Program-made: the position numbers and the translations under genes | In this document: positions 39,612-50,199 of the stretch, piece by piece | Position numbering within the stretch: the stretch's first letter is position 1 | Layout of the letters: each line of letters begins with the position of its first letter | The notes under the pieces: generated by a model | What the model was told of the DNA's origin: nothing | What the model saw: the letters and a program-made list of their open reading frames with translations, nothing else | The model's database searches: none | NCBI GenBank assembly: GCA_963820595.1 | Contig: CAWGAO010000008.1 | Coordinates: 9,857 to 73,856, forward strand | DNA: 64,000 nucleotides | Source of the DNA: Candidatus Tagabacteria bacterium | GTDB taxonomy: Bacteria > Patescibacteriota > Minisyncoccia > GCA-002779875 | Reading direction: 5' to 3'

Positions 39612-40847
39612 ATGGAAGAGAAAGAAAAGGCATTGGAGTTGGCTATCATTGCACAGGTTATTAAACTTGGCGGTTCTTTGCCGATGGAAGCATGGATTGC
39701 CGCAATTTTGGCAAAAACAGCCGCAACAGAGAAATCGCTAAACGAATTAGCACATTTTGACTCCAAAATTGAAAAAACAGAATTTAGACGTCTGGTCGAC
39801 AATCTTCGCTTTTGTGATTCTGACGTAGGATGTGTTTTCGTTTCTTGCATTCATTATGGAGACGACAGCGTAACTGTTAACCTACGATTAGGAAATCCAG
39901 GCTCATCATTTTATCTATTAGGAGAATCCTGTTTAAAAAAGTTTCTTCTTGGCTTACTCGGTTTTGGATGGGAAGAAATCGCCCGTAAAATCTGGGAGCA
40001 ATTAGAAAAAGCTTTGCCAATAGTTTCCAAAATCCGCCGGGATATTTTATATCCCGAAGTCGCGGAGGAAGTTGCGGAGATGAAAAAGGAAAATAATTTT
40101 CTCAAATCTCAACTCGCGGAAAAAGAAAAAGAATTGGGATTCATGACGGAAAATCGCGACGGCGCCAACGCTAATTATAATTCTGTCTATAGCAGACTCC
40201 GAGAAGCCGAATCTCAACTCGCGGAAATACATGATGCTCTTGAATTATGTGTCAATGTCGAGAAAAATAAAGATGATTTCAGGCGATATTTTCCCTCAAA
40301 AAACCCTGAAAATTCCGATTCTGACGCGGAAAAACTCTGGAATATTTTTGTAGGAAAATGTGAAATCAAGATTCAGATCGCGGAAAAAGAAAAAGAAATC
40401 GGGGAATTAAAAAAAGACTGGGAAAGAAAACTTGTTCAATGGAGAGGAAAATTAGATTCTATTTGTTCCCAGCTTATCAATACAAAATCAATCTTCAAAA
40501 GCAAAAGAATCGCCGATATTCGAAACCAAACTATGAAATTAGATTGGGAAGTATGGGAAGCATATTGTACTATCTCTTCAAATCCACTTCCCCCACCAAT
40601 AAATCTATTCAGAATCCAACCTCCGGAACCTTGGCCTAGATTGCAAGAATGCGACACATGTAACGGTACCCGCGAAATTCCCTGTCCTGCATGCGGCGAT
40701 TTAAGCGAAGAGCAAAGAGCAATGGGAGTAGGAGAGTCATGCGCATGCTGTAAGGGAAAAAGGGAAATCAAATGTCCTGATTGTGATCCGTTGACCAAAA
40801 AACCGAAAGAACCGGAAATAATCGAACTAACGTCAAGAAAAAGATAA
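39612..40847 (+). CDS. coiled-coil protein with C-terminal DnaJ-type CxxCxGxG zinc-finger repeats (411 aa)
   Basis: CDTCNGTREIPCPACGD and CACCKGKREIKCPDCDP. Confidence 0.6.
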   Translation: MEEKEKALELAIIAQVIKLGGSLPMEAWIAAILAKTAATEKSLNELAHFDSKIEKTEFRRLVDNLRFCDSDVGCVFVSCIHYGDDSVTVNLRLGNPGSSFYLLGESCLKKFLLGLLGFGWEEIARKIWEQLEKALPIVSKIRRDILYPEVAEEVAEMKKENNFLKSQLAEKEKELGFMTENRDGANANYNSVYSRLREAESQLAEIHDALELCVNVEKNKDDFRRYFPSKNPENSDSDAEKLWNIFVGKCEIKIQIAEKEKEIGELKKDWERKLVQWRGKLDSICSQLINTKSIFKSKRIADIRNQTMKLDWEVWEAYCTISSNPLPPPINLFRIQPPEPWPRLQECDTCNGTREIPCPACGDLSEEQRAMGVGESCACCKGKREIKCPDCDPLTKKPKEPEIIELTSRKR

Positions 40848-40855
40848 ACTGAGTT

Positions 40856-40884
40856 ATTTTAAAGCCCCGCAACGCGGGGCTTTT
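40856..40884 (+). terminator. terminator aaagccccgcaacgcggggctttt
   Basis: stem plus T-run after 40847. Confidence 0.7.
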
Positions 40885-40994
40885 CTCGTGTTGACAATAA
40901 AAGATTTATTTTTTAGTATAAACTTAACACTTGTGAAAATTTAATATGAGAGTTGCTGGTTTTTTTATTGCCAAAATATACTTACCAAATAATT

Positions 40995-41408
40995 ATGCCC
41001 ACGATTCACCAGTTAATTAAAAAAGGACGGAAAAAAATATCGAAAAAGTCAAAAGCGGTGGTTCTCCAGCGCGGTTTTAACGTCATCAAAAACCGGCCGG
41101 TTTTTTATCCTTCGCCTTTTAAACGCGGCGTCTGTATTAAAGTGACGACTATGACCCCAAAAAAGCCGAACTCTGCCATTCGCAAAGTGGCGAGGGTCAG
41201 ACTCACGAATGGAATGGAAGTTACCGCCTACATTCCGGGCATCGGCCATAATTTGCAGGAACACGCGGTTGTTCTTCTGCGAGGCGGCCGCGTCAAGGAT
41301 TTGCCGGGAATTCAATACCACATTGTCCGAGGAATTCTTGATGCCGCAGGAGTAGAAGGACGAAAAAAACAGCGTTCGGCATACGGAACTAAGAAACCGA
41401 AAAAATAA
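40995..41408 (+). CDS. rpsL: 30S ribosomal protein S12 (with ~13-aa insertion relative to E. coli)
   Basis: [14 protein letters not shown]...KRGVC...[23 protein letters not shown]. Confidence 0.9.
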   Translation: MPTIHQLIKKGRKKISKKSKAVVLQRGFNVIKNRPVFYPSPFKRGVCIKVTTMTPKKPNSAIRKVARVRLTNGMEVTAYIPGIGHNLQEHAVVLLRGGRVKDLPGIQYHIVRGILDAAGVEGRKKQRSAYGTKKPKK

Positions 41409-41502
41409 TGAATTCGCCCGCGATTTTGAGCGAAGCGAAGAATCGCGGTTACAAAATGCGAAAACATTAAATTATTAGTCGTTTAACTCCTTAATTTTTG
41501 GC
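41409..41502 (+). repeat. minimal module: palindromic unit (GAGCGAAGCGA loop) + AT-rich leader ending at rpsG ATG, without arm pair
   Basis: cccgcgattttgagcgaagcgaagaatcgcgg ... taactccttaatttttggcATG. Confidence 0.6.
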
Positions 41503-41970
41503 ATGAGAAGAAAAATCAGAGTAAAATACAAATTAAATCCAGACCCGCTTTACGACTCGAAAAAAATCGAGAAATTTACCAATTACCTGATGTGGAAAGG
41601 AGAAAAATCCGTTGCTCGTGAAATCGTCTATCAAACTTTTGAAGAAATAAAAAAGAAAATAAAAGCAGATCCGATTGCGATTTTCGAAAAAGCGATTGAA
41701 AATGTTTCACCTATGATTGCAGTGCGCTCCCGAAGAGTCGGAGGCGCCACCTATCAGGTTCCTAGAGAAATTCCTCCTGAAAAACGCATAGGCTTCGCAA
41801 TGCGCTGGATAATTCTGGCGGCGCGGTCAAAAAAAGGCAAAAATATGTCCTATCGGCTTTCGGAAGAACTTATTGCGGCTTCTAAAAACGAAGGAGCAGC
41901 CGTTAAAAAAAGAGAAGATACTCATAAAATGGCCGAGGCTAATCGCGCTTTCGCTCATTTTGCTTGGTAA
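41503..41970 (+). CDS. rpsG: 30S ribosomal protein S7
   Basis: canonical S7. Confidence 0.9.
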   Translation: MRRKIRVKYKLNPDPLYDSKKIEKFTNYLMWKGEKSVAREIVYQTFEEIKKKIKADPIAIFEKAIENVSPMIAVRSRRVGGATYQVPREIPPEKRIGFAMRWIILAARSKKGKNMSYRLSEELIAASKNEGAAVKKREDTHKMAEANRAFAHFAW

Positions 41971-42171
41971 TGACTTTGCTCGCTATTTGGAGCGTTAGCG
42001 ACAAATTGCGGCCGCAAAACATTACCCGCCTAAGTTTTTGCGAAATAATTAAAATATGAAAAATCTAAAAAAGAAAAATTTTCAAAAATTTAATTCGTCT
42101 TTGGAGTATACCCGCAAAAATTTGGGCGGGTGTTCAAAAATTATAGTCATTAACATTCCTTAATTTTTAGC
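41971..42171 (+). repeat. mosaic module (palindromic unit, arms cgcctaagtttttgcg / cgcaaaaatttgggcg, leader GGTGTTCAAAAATTATAGTCATTAACATTCCTTAATTTTTAGC-ATG)
   Basis: direct reading. Confidence 0.65.
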
Positions 42172-44244
42172 ATGGCACGCGAATACCCTATAGAAAAAAC
42201 AAGGGATATAGGCATTATTGCCCATATTGATGCCGGTAAAACTACTGTTTCCGAGCGGGTGCTTTTTTATACCGGCGTTTCTTATAAAATCGGCGAAGTG
42301 CACGAAGGAGCGGCGATAATGGATTGGATGGAACAAGAACGGGAAAGAGGCATTACTATTACGGCCGCCGCCACGACCTGTTTCTGGCTAAATCACCGCA
42401 TCAATATTATCGACACGCCCGGCCATATCGACTTCACGGTCGAGGTACAGCGCTCATTGCGCGTCTTAGACGGCGGAGTCGTGGTCTTTGACGGCGTGGC
42501 CGGCGTTGAACCCCAATCCGAAACCGTCTGGCGACAGGCGGATAAATACAAAGTCCCGCGCATTTGCTTCGTCAATAAAATGGACCGGATGGGCGCCAGT
42601 TTTGAAAAAAGTTTTAATTCCATTCTCGAACGGCTTACTCCAAACGCCGTTGCATTAAATATTCCCATCGGCGCTGAATCGGAATTTGAAGGCGTTATCG
42701 ATCTTTATAAGATGAAAGCAATTTATTTCGAAGACGAACACGGAGAAAAAATAGTGGAAAAAGAAATACCGGAAAAATTAAAAGCGGACGCGGAAAAATG
42801 GCGCAAGCTGATGATCGAAAAAATCGCCGAGACCGACGACCATCTTCTTGAACAATATTTGAATAATCAGGAGCCGCCGGTTGAAGAATTAAAAAAAGCG
42901 TTAAGAAAAGCTTGCCTCGAATATGCTCTTGTTCCTGTTTATTGCGGTTCGGCTTTGAAAAACAAAGGCGTACAACCCATGCTCGACGGCGTTGTTGATT
43001 ATCTTCCGAGCCCGGTTGACCTGCCAGCCGTCAAAGGCATCGAACCTAATTCACACAAAGAAACCACTCGCGAAGCAAAAGATGACTCTCCTTTTACCGC
43101 TCTTGCTTTCAAACTTCAAACCGACCTTTACGTTGGGCAACTCACCTATTTTAGAGTCTATTCCGGCAATCTTGACGCGGGTTCCTATGTGTACAATGCC
43201 ACTACCGACACGAAAGAAAGAATCGGGCGAATCCTGCGGATGCACGCCAACCACCGCGAAGAAGTAAAAGAAGTCTTTGCCGGCGACATCGCCGCGACCG
43301 TAGGCCTTAAAAACACCCACACCGGCGACACGCTCTGCGATCCGGACCATCCGATAGTTTTGGAAAAAATCGAATTTCCGGAACCCGTCGTTTCTCTCCG
43401 CATCGAACCGAAAACAAAAGCCGATCAGGAAAAAATGGGTCTGGCTTTAAAGCGCCTTTCCGACGAGGACCCGACCTTCAGGATTAAATCTGATCCTGAA
43501 ACTATGGAAACCATTATCTCGGGCATGGGAGAACTTCATCTGGAAATCATCGTCGATAGAATGAAAAGAGAATTTAAAGTGGACGCAGGCGTCGGAAAAC
43601 CCCAAGTTGCCTACAAAGAAACCATAACCGCCGAAGGCGAGGCCGAAGGAAAATATATCCGCCAATCGGGTGGAAGAGGCCAATATGGTCACGTCCGCAT
43701 CAAGACAGAACCTCTTGAAAGAGGCAAAGGTTTTGAATTTATCAATTCCATAAGAGGAGGCATCATCCCCCAGGAATTTATTCCGGCCGTCGAGAAAGGA
43801 GTGAAAGAAGCGTTGGACCGCGGAGTCGTGGCGGGTTTCCCGATAGTGGACCTTTCGATCGAACTTTATGACGGCTCCTATCACGAAGTCGACTCTTCGG
43901 AAATGGCTTTCAAGATCGCCGGCTCCATGGCTTTGCAGGAAGGCGTCAGGCGCTCCAAACCGATTCTGCTCGAACCGATTATGAAAGTGGAAGTCGTTAC
44001 CCCGGAAAAGTTTTTAGGAGACGTTGTCGGAGATTTGAACTCGAAACGCGGCCACATCTTGAACATGACCGACAGGTTCAACCTTAAAGTCATCGACGCG
44101 AAAGTGCCACTTTCGGAAATGTTCGGCTACGTCACTTCTTTGCGCTCAATGACGGAAGGCCGGGCCACTTATACCATGGAATTCGACCGCTACGAGCGGG
44201 TTCCGGAAAATATCGCCCAATTAATTAAAGAAGGGAAAAAATAA
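42172..44244 (+). CDS. fusA: elongation factor G (690 aa, intact)
   Basis: [17 protein letters not shown], full-length domains. Confidence 0.95.
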   Translation: MAREYPIEKTRDIGIIAHIDAGKTTVSERVLFYTGVSYKIGEVHEGAAIMDWMEQERERGITITAAATTCFWLNHRINIIDTPGHIDFTVEVQRSLRVLDGGVVVFDGVAGVEPQSETVWRQADKYKVPRICFVNKMDRMGASFEKSFNSILERLTPNAVALNIPIGAESEFEGVIDLYKMKAIYFEDEHGEKIVEKEIPEKLKADAEKWRKLMIEKIAETDDHLLEQYLNNQEPPVEELKKALRKACLEYALVPVYCGSALKNKGVQPMLDGVVDYLPSPVDLPAVKGIEPNSHKETTREAKDDSPFTALAFKLQTDLYVGQLTYFRVYSGNLDAGSYVYNATTDTKERIGRILRMHANHREEVKEVFAGDIAATVGLKNTHTGDTLCDPDHPIVLEKIEFPEPVVSLRIEPKTKADQEKMGLALKRLSDEDPTFRIKSDPETMETIISGMGELHLEIIVDRMKREFKVDAGVGKPQVAYKETITAEGEAEGKYIRQSGGRGQYGHVRIKTEPLERGKGFEFINSIRGGIIPQEFIPAVEKGVKEALDRGVVAGFPIVDLSIELYDGSYHEVDSSEMAFKIAGSMALQEGVRRSKPILLEPIMKVEVVTPEKFLGDVVGDLNSKRGHILNMTDRFNLKVIDAKVPLSEMFGYVTSLRSMTEGRATYTMEFDRYERVPENIAQLIKEGKK

Positions 44245-44488
44245 TGGCTTGGCCCGCGATTTGGAGTGAAGCGACAAATTGCGGTTGCCAAATATTACCC
44301 CGCCCTTTTGGGCGCGAGATGTTATAATAAAACTATGGATATATTAAGTTTAAAAATTATAAAACGGCAATGCGCTTTAGTTATAACGGGATGCGCCTAT
44401 TCGGCGCCCGCGCATTGCGGAATTGAGTATGGCGCCAAAAGGGCGGGGTGCTCAAAAATTATAGTCGCTTAACTCCTTAATTTTTGGC
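44245..44488 (+). repeat. mosaic module (palindromic unit GGAGTGAAGCGA loop; arms ccccgcccttttgggcg / cgccaaaagggcgggg; leader ending at ATG 44489)
   Basis: direct reading. Confidence 0.65.
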
Positions 44489-44587
44489 ATGTCTGACGAC
44501 CAAGAACAAAAAGAAAAACTTTTCTCCGAAGAGGCCTTAGAAGACGATTTGGAAATCGAAGCAGATGTAGAAAGTTTGCCACTTTAA
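44489..44587 (+). CDS. small acidic peptide (32 aa) with its own module leader
   Basis: MSDDQEQKEKLFSEEALEDDLEIEADVESLPL; leader identical in type to rpsG/fusA leaders. Confidence 0.3.
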   Translation: MSDDQEQKEKLFSEEALEDDLEIEADVESLPL

Positions 44588-44954
44588 TTTGACAGGAATT
44601 ATCTTTTATGATAAGCTCTTACCAGAAAAATAAGGGCTTTTTTATCGCCCAAAATCTTTGAAAAAGGAGGAAAGAAATGAAAAGGATATTGGCTATAATT
44701 AAGGTTCTTGACTGTCTGTGCTATTTTAATCTGGTTTTTATTGCTTGGACGCCATATTGGGACATCTTATTTGGGAGGGCCAAAAGATGACTTTCTATAC
44801 CGACAGAGCATAGAATTATTCTACATTTATGGGATTCCCTTTTTCTCTAGTGTTCTGGTTTATTCTTTTCCGCACTGGGAAAAATGTTGAAAAGGAGAAA
44901 ATAGTGTTAGCGATAAGCGGCCTCGCGGGTCGCTGAAATCGCCAAAAATGAGGC

Positions 44955-45010
44955 AGACCGTTCGACAAGCTCACGGCAAGTCGAAAAACGGTCTGCCTTT
45001 TTATTTTTAT
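44955..45010 (+). terminator. strong terminator ggcagaccgtt...aacggtctgcc + T-run
   Basis: 11-bp stem. Confidence 0.7.
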
Positions 45011-45193
45011 TGTTTATTTACGTCACCGCAAAACGTAAAAAAACGATTTTTGGAATTAAGGCAGGTGTGGAAAATCTCTCATTATAAGGGACTTGACGAC
45101 TTAGACTGTCTTCTATAAGATAAGACTATTGCGTGTTTTTCGCGCTTTTTAATTAAAAGGTTTAATAAATAATAGTTTAAATTCAATAAAAAT

Positions 45194-46388
45194 ATGGCAG
45201 AAAAATTTGAAAGGACAAAGCCGCACGTAAACGTCGGCACAATCGGCCACGTTGACCACGGCAAAACCACTTTGACCGCCGCTCTTTTGCACGTGCTTAA
45301 TTTGGCGGGCAATAAAGTTAAAATGGAAGGCGTCAATGACATCGACAACGCGCCCGAAGAAAGACAGCGCGGCATTACCATTGCCCTTCACCACTCGGAA
45401 TACGAAACTCCGAAAAGGCACTATGCCCACATCGACGCTCCGGGCCACGCAGACTACATCAAAAACATGATTACCGGAGCCGCTCAAATGGACGGCGCTA
45501 TTCTGGTCGTTTCCGCTGCCGACGGCGCAATGCCCCAGACCCGAGAACACATTCTTTTGGCCCACCAGGTCGGCGTTCCGGCAATCATTGTTTTCCTGAA
45601 TAAAGTCGACACGGTTGACGACAAAGAATTGGTTGATTTAGTTGAAGCGGAAATCCGCGAGTTGCTTACAAAATACCAATATCCCGGAGACAAAACTCCT
45701 ATTATTCGCGGTTCGGCTTTAAAGGCGCTTGAGGCAAAATCAGTCGATGACGAATGGGCAAAACCAATCTTGGAACTTGCCAAACAACTTGGACGAATAC
45801 ATTCCTGAACCGGTGCGTGAAATCGATAAACCGTTTTTAATGCCCATTGAAGATATTTTCTCAATCGAAGGTCGCGGAACGGTTGTTACGGGCCGCATTG
45901 AACGAGGCAAAATAAAACTTAGCGATGAAGTTGAAGTAGTCGGCTTACGCCCCACTCAAAAAACAGTAGTTACCGGAATTGAAATGTTCAATAAATCCCT
46001 GGATGAAGGATTGGCGGGCGATAACGCCGGGATATTACTTCGAAGTCTCAAAAAAGAAGACGTGGAACGCGGCCAAGTTTTGGCCAAACCAGGCTCCATT
46101 ACTCCACATACCGAATTTCAAGCCGAAATTTATATCTTGACCAAAGAAGAAGGCGGCCGCCACACGCCGTTTTTTGCGGGCTATAAACCGCAATTTTATC
46201 TTCGCACAACCGACGTGACCGGAGCCGTTACCCTTCCGGAAGGCACTGAAATGGTTATTCCGGGCGACACGATTTCATTAAAAGTAGAACTTTTGGCGCC
46301 CGTTGCTCTGGAAGAGAAACAGCGATTCGCGATTCGCGAAGGAGGAAAGACCGTCGGCGCAGGAGCCATAACAAAAATCATAAAATAA
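45194..46388 (+). CDS. tuf: elongation factor Tu, one apparent single-nt insertion near 45785
   Basis: [13 protein letters not shown]...; after -1 shift [34 protein letters not shown]...; cttggacg vs expected cttgacg. Confidence 0.9.
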
Positions 46389-46440
46389 GCAGAACTTGAT
46401 TAAATGTGCAATATGCGTAACCTGAAATCATAAAAGGACA

Positions 46441-46516
46441 TTGACCCCGTTAGAGATAGAGTTTTTTAGAAACTCGACGGATATCTTCGGATATCCTATC
46501 TCTAACGGGGTTGAAA
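46441..46516 (+). mobile_element. MITE-like palindromic element ending in TTGAAA, forming promoter for rpsJ
   Basis: gaccccgttagagatagag...ctctatctctaacggggTTGAAA-16-TAAAAT-6-ATG. Confidence 0.5.
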
Positions 46517-46544
46517 TAAAACATTGAAAATCTAAAATATTAAA

Positions 46545-47093
46545 ATGGTAACCGCCAAAAAAACTGCACCTGCCCGTCTCCGCTCCTCCTCTGCTAAACC
46601 TGCCCGTCCGGCAGGCGGGGCTACGGCGGACAAGAAAAGCTACGACGGACAAGAAAAAAAGAAAACGGCGCATTCGAGCGCGCCAACGGCCAAGCCCGTG
46701 AAAAAAATCGCTAGACCCGCGGCAACAAAACTCGTTTCCGAAAAACCAATTTTTATCCCTAAACCGGGAAAGAGCGAAGTCGAGGAAAAACCGAAACTTC
46801 GCATTCGAGTGCGGGCTTACGACCACAAAATCTTAGACATCAGTATCAAGCAGATTGTGGACACGGTATTGCGCAACGGAGCGGAAATAACCGGTCCGAT
46901 TCCCTTGCCGACAGAGATACGTAAATACACGGTAAACCGATCCAGCTTTGTTCATAAAAACGCCAGGGAGCAGTTTGAAATGCGGATCCATAAGAGACTT
47001 ATAGATATCCTTAATCCCGGCCCAAAAATTATCGATGCGCTGACAAATCTGAATTTGCCCGCCGGCGTCGACATAGAAGTTAAGATGAGTTAA
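46545..47093 (+). CDS. rpsJ: 30S ribosomal protein S10 with ~83-aa Ala/Pro/Lys-rich N-terminal extension
   Basis: ...[15 protein letters not shown]... S10 core at C-terminal 100 aa. Confidence 0.85.
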   Translation: MVTAKKTAPARLRSSSAKPARPAGGATADKKSYDGQEKKKTAHSSAPTAKPVKKIARPAATKLVSEKPIFIPKPGKSEVEEKPKLRIRVRAYDHKILDISIKQIVDTVLRNGAEITGPIPLPTEIRKYTVNRSSFVHKNAREQFEMRIHKRLIDILNPGPKIIDALTNLNLPAGVDIEVKMS

Positions 47094-47156
47094 TCAAAAC
47101 TATAAAGGGCGAAGATAAAATCGGGGCAACCCGATTTTATCATATGAAAAGCGATT

Positions 47157-47768
47157 ATGAAAAAGTTTTTACTAGCCGTTAAAAAAGAAATGAGCCAGAT
47201 ATTTGACGAAAAGGGAAATGTCATTCCCGTGACTTTAGTCGTGGCGAAGGCACTGGCCGTGACCGGAATCAAAACCAAAGAGAAAGACGGCTATCAGGCA
47301 ATACAGTTTGGATTCGGCAACCGCAAAATTAAAAATATCAAAAAGCCCCAGAAAAAATTAGGCGCGTTCTTAAAATTAAAAGAACTGCGCGTTCCTTCAG
47401 AGGAAAACATTTCCTTGAATATAGGCGATAAACTCGATGTTTCGTTATTTGGCGAAGGAGATAAAGTGGAAGTCAGCGGAATCACAAAAGCCAAAGGCTT
47501 TCAAGGCGTCGTGAAACGACACGGCTTCCACGGAGGTCCGCGCACTCACGGCCAAAAGCATTCCGAAAGGGAGCCCGGTTCAATCGGCGCAACCGCGCCC
47601 CAGCGCGTTTTGAAAGGGACGAGAATGGCCGGAAGAATGGGCGGCAAAAGAATAACTGTCAAAAATTTGGAAATTATAAAAGTCGACAAAGATAAAAACG
47701 AACTTTGGATTTCCGGCGCAGTGCCGGGAAGGCGAGGAACGCTGCTAGAAATCAGCAATGGAGCTTAA
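47157..47768 (+). CDS. rplC: 50S ribosomal protein L3
   Basis: ...MSQIFDEKGNVIPVTLV... and ...GKRITVKNLEIIKVD... Confidence 0.9.
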   Translation: MKKFLLAVKKEMSQIFDEKGNVIPVTLVVAKALAVTGIKTKEKDGYQAIQFGFGNRKIKNIKKPQKKLGAFLKLKELRVPSEENISLNIGDKLDVSLFGEGDKVEVSGITKAKGFQGVVKRHGFHGGPRTHGQKHSEREPGSIGATAPQRVLKGTRMAGRMGGKRITVKNLEIIKVDKDKNELWISGAVPGRRGTLLEISNGA

Positions 47769-48411
47769 AGTTTACAATCAAGAAGGAAAAGAAACGGGAA
47801 AAATAAAATTGCCCGAAAAGATTTTCGGTTTGCCCTGGAATCCTGATTTGGTACACCAAGTGATGCTGGCAATGCAGGCAAATAAAAGAAAAGTTACGGC
47901 TCACGCGAAAACAAGAGCCGAAGTCAGAGGCGGCGGTAAAAAACCGTGGCGACAGAAAGGCACGGGCAGAGCCAGACACGGCTCCATCCGCTCCCCTCTC
48001 TGGCGCGGAGGCGGCGTCACTTTCGGTCCTTCGACAGAAAGAGTCTACGCCCAAAAAATAAATAAAAAGATGAAAAGAAAGGCGATTTTGACGGCCCTTT
48101 CGCAAAAAGCCCGCGACGGTGAGCTGCTTATACTGGACGATTTGAAAATGGCATCCCCTAAAACCAAAGAGGCCGCCGGAATTTTAAAAAATCTTGGCGG
48201 AATAAAAGGATTTGAAAAAATGGCGGGAAAGAAAAAAAATTCCTTATTTTTATTGCCGGGAAAAAACGAAGGATTGGCGCGTAGCTTCCGCAATTTACCA
48301 AACGCAAATACTGCTTTAGCCCGCAATTTAAATCTTTTGGATATTCTTAATTATAAATACCTTATTTTTCCCAAAGAATTACTTAAAAATTCAGAAAGTA
48401 TATGGCGTTAA
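47758..48411 (+). CDS. rplD: 50S ribosomal protein L4
   Basis: ...GGGKKPWRQKGTGRARHGSIRSPLWRGGG... Confidence 0.9.
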   Translation: MELKVYNQEGKETGKIKLPEKIFGLPWNPDLVHQVMLAMQANKRKVTAHAKTRAEVRGGGKKPWRQKGTGRARHGSIRSPLWRGGGVTFGPSTERVYAQKINKKMKRKAILTALSQKARDGELLILDDLKMASPKTKEAAGILKNLGGIKGFEKMAGKKKNSLFLLPGKNEGLARSFRNLPNANTALARNLNLLDILNYKYLIFPKELLKNSESIWR

Positions 48412-48821
48412 ACATTTTCAAAAATAAAAAGGGCAAAGAAAAATCAGAAACGAAGAAAACAACCAGAAAACAAGTCGAGCCGAAAACGGTTGAAGTTGAA
48501 AAAAAACCAAAGAAAGAAGAACCAAGGATAAAAACAAAACAATCGACTTTGGCAGCGCAATTTTTATTGCAGCCCCATATCACCGAGCAATCCACTGATC
48601 TGGCCAAAAAAAATGTCTATACTTTCAAAGTCAACCCTTCAGCCAATAAAGTCATAATCAAAAAAGCGATTAAAGAAATGTACGGATTCGAGCCGATTAA
48701 AATCCGTGTAATAAATACCCATTCCAAGAAACGCTCCGTTCGGGGAAAAATCGGCACAAAGTCCGGATTTAAGAAAGCTCTTGTTTATTTGAAAGAAGGC
48801 GATAAAATCGAATTTATTTAA
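48402..48821 (+). CDS. rplW: 50S ribosomal protein L23 with ~50-aa Lys-rich N-terminal extension
   Basis: C-terminal 90 aa match L23 (...YTFKVNPSANKVIIKKAIKEMYGFEPIKIRV...). Confidence 0.85.
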   Translation: MALNIFKNKKGKEKSETKKTTRKQVEPKTVEVEKKPKKEEPRIKTKQSTLAAQFLLQPHITEQSTDLAKKNVYTFKVNPSANKVIIKKAIKEMYGFEPIKIRVINTHSKKRSVRGKIGTKSGFKKALVYLKEGDKIEFI

Positions 48822-48823
48822 AT

Positions 48824-49669
48824 ATGAAGTTAAGATCTTACCGACCTACAACTCCATCGCGAAGACAAATGACCGGATTAGTATATCGCGGAGTTTTAAC
48901 GTCTAAAAGACCGGAAAAAAAATTAACCAAGGGCTTTAAACGGGCAAAAGGAAGAAACGTGTTCGGCCGAATCACGACAAGACACAAAGGAGGAGGCGCA
49001 AAACGACTTTTCCGAGTCATAGATTTCCGCTATGATAAACACGACATTCCTGCAACGGTAAAAAGCATGGAATACGACCCGAATCGCTCCGGATTCATCG
49101 CTTTGGTCGCTTATGCCGACGGAGAAAAACGCTATATCCTCGCTCCGGCAGAAGTTAAAACAGGAGATAAAATAATCACCTCCCGAAATGCGGAGTTAAA
49201 GCCCGGAAATCGGCTCCCTTTAGGAAAAATTCCGGTCGGCACACAAGTTTTTAATATCGAATTAAAGCCCGGAGCCGGCGCAGTTTTGTGCCGTTCGGCG
49301 GGCAATTACGCTGAAATTCTGGCGCACGAAACAGGATTTGCCCATTTGAAATTGCCTTCAACCGAAGTGCGCAAAGTTCCTGACCAGGCGTGGGCCAGTA
49401 TCGGCAGAGTTTCAAAGGAAGAACACGGTCTCGTAGTTTTCGGTAAAGCGGGACGTTCGCGGCACAAAGGCATTAGGCCAACCGTGCGAGGCTCGGCAAT
49501 GAACCCGGTTGACCATCCTTACGGCGGCGGCGAAGGAAGAATGGGTCGCGGAACACGCCGGCCAAAAACCGCATGGGGAAAAATCACCGGAGGCACCAAA
49601 ACCCGCAAACGAAAAAAATATTCAAATATTTTCATTATCAGCCGCCGAAAAAAGAAAGTGAGAAAATAA
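48824..49669 (+). CDS. rplB: 50S ribosomal protein L2
   Basis: ...GRNVFGRITTRHKGGGAKR... HKGIRPTVRGSAMNPVDHPYGGGEG. Confidence 0.95.
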   Translation: MKLRSYRPTTPSRRQMTGLVYRGVLTSKRPEKKLTKGFKRAKGRNVFGRITTRHKGGGAKRLFRVIDFRYDKHDIPATVKSMEYDPNRSGFIALVAYADGEKRYILAPAEVKTGDKIITSRNAELKPGNRLPLGKIPVGTQVFNIELKPGAGAVLCRSAGNYAEILAHETGFAHLKLPSTEVRKVPDQAWASIGRVSKEEHGLVVFGKAGRSRHKGIRPTVRGSAMNPVDHPYGGGEGRMGRGTRRPKTAWGKITGGTKTRKRKKYSNIFIISRRKKKVRK

Positions 49670-49865
49670 AGGAATTTGCACGCGATTTTAAGCATCAGCG
49701 AAAAATCGCGCTTGCAAAACCTTTATCCCGCCCTCTATGCATAAATTTAAAGAAAAAATATGAAGCAAAACATCAAACCAGTAATTACAAAAGAAAAGAG
49801 CGCGAACCGCTTAGAGGGCGGGGTGCTCAAATTTAATTATTCACTAACGTTCATATAAATTTGGC
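49670..49865 (+). repeat. mosaic module (palindromic unit AAGCATCAGCGA loop; arms cgccctctatgc / gcttagagggcgg; leader box ...ATTCACTAACGTTCATATAAATTTGGC-ATG)
   Basis: direct reading. Confidence 0.65.
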
Positions 49866-50199
49866 ATGTCGCGCTCACTTAAAAAAGGGCCGTACGTAGA
49901 CCCATCAATATTGGAAAAAATCAGCCGCAGTAAACCGAATCGATGCCGGCGTTATTAAAACATGGGCGCGCAACAGCCAGATTTCTCCGGAAATGATTGG
50001 CTATACTTTCGGCGTTCACAACGGAAAAGATTTTATCGAGGCAAGAATCACCGAAGAAATGGTCGGCCACCGCCTCGGAGAATTCAGCCCCACCCGCAAA
50101 TTCATCACTCACGGAGGAAAAATGCAGCGCGAGTTAGAAGCAAAAAAGAAAGCCGCTGAAATTGCCTCAGCCCAACAGGCGAAAGTTAATGAAAAATAA
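49866..50199 (+). CDS. rpsS: 30S ribosomal protein S19, apparent +1 frameshift near 49938-49958
   Basis: [25 protein letters not shown] then stop; next frame ...[27 protein letters not shown]...[11 protein letters not shown]. Confidence 0.85.

Noticed and set aside
44266-44472. 68-aa ORF inside module spacer
   Set aside because: Sits entirely within palindrome-rich spacer of the module before the acidic ORF. No SD.
45780-45800. Programmed frameshifting in tuf, rpsS and others
   Set aside because: Far too many sites, in unrelated genes, at homopolymers, with no slippery heptamers or stimulatory structures. Sequencing error is the simpler explanation.
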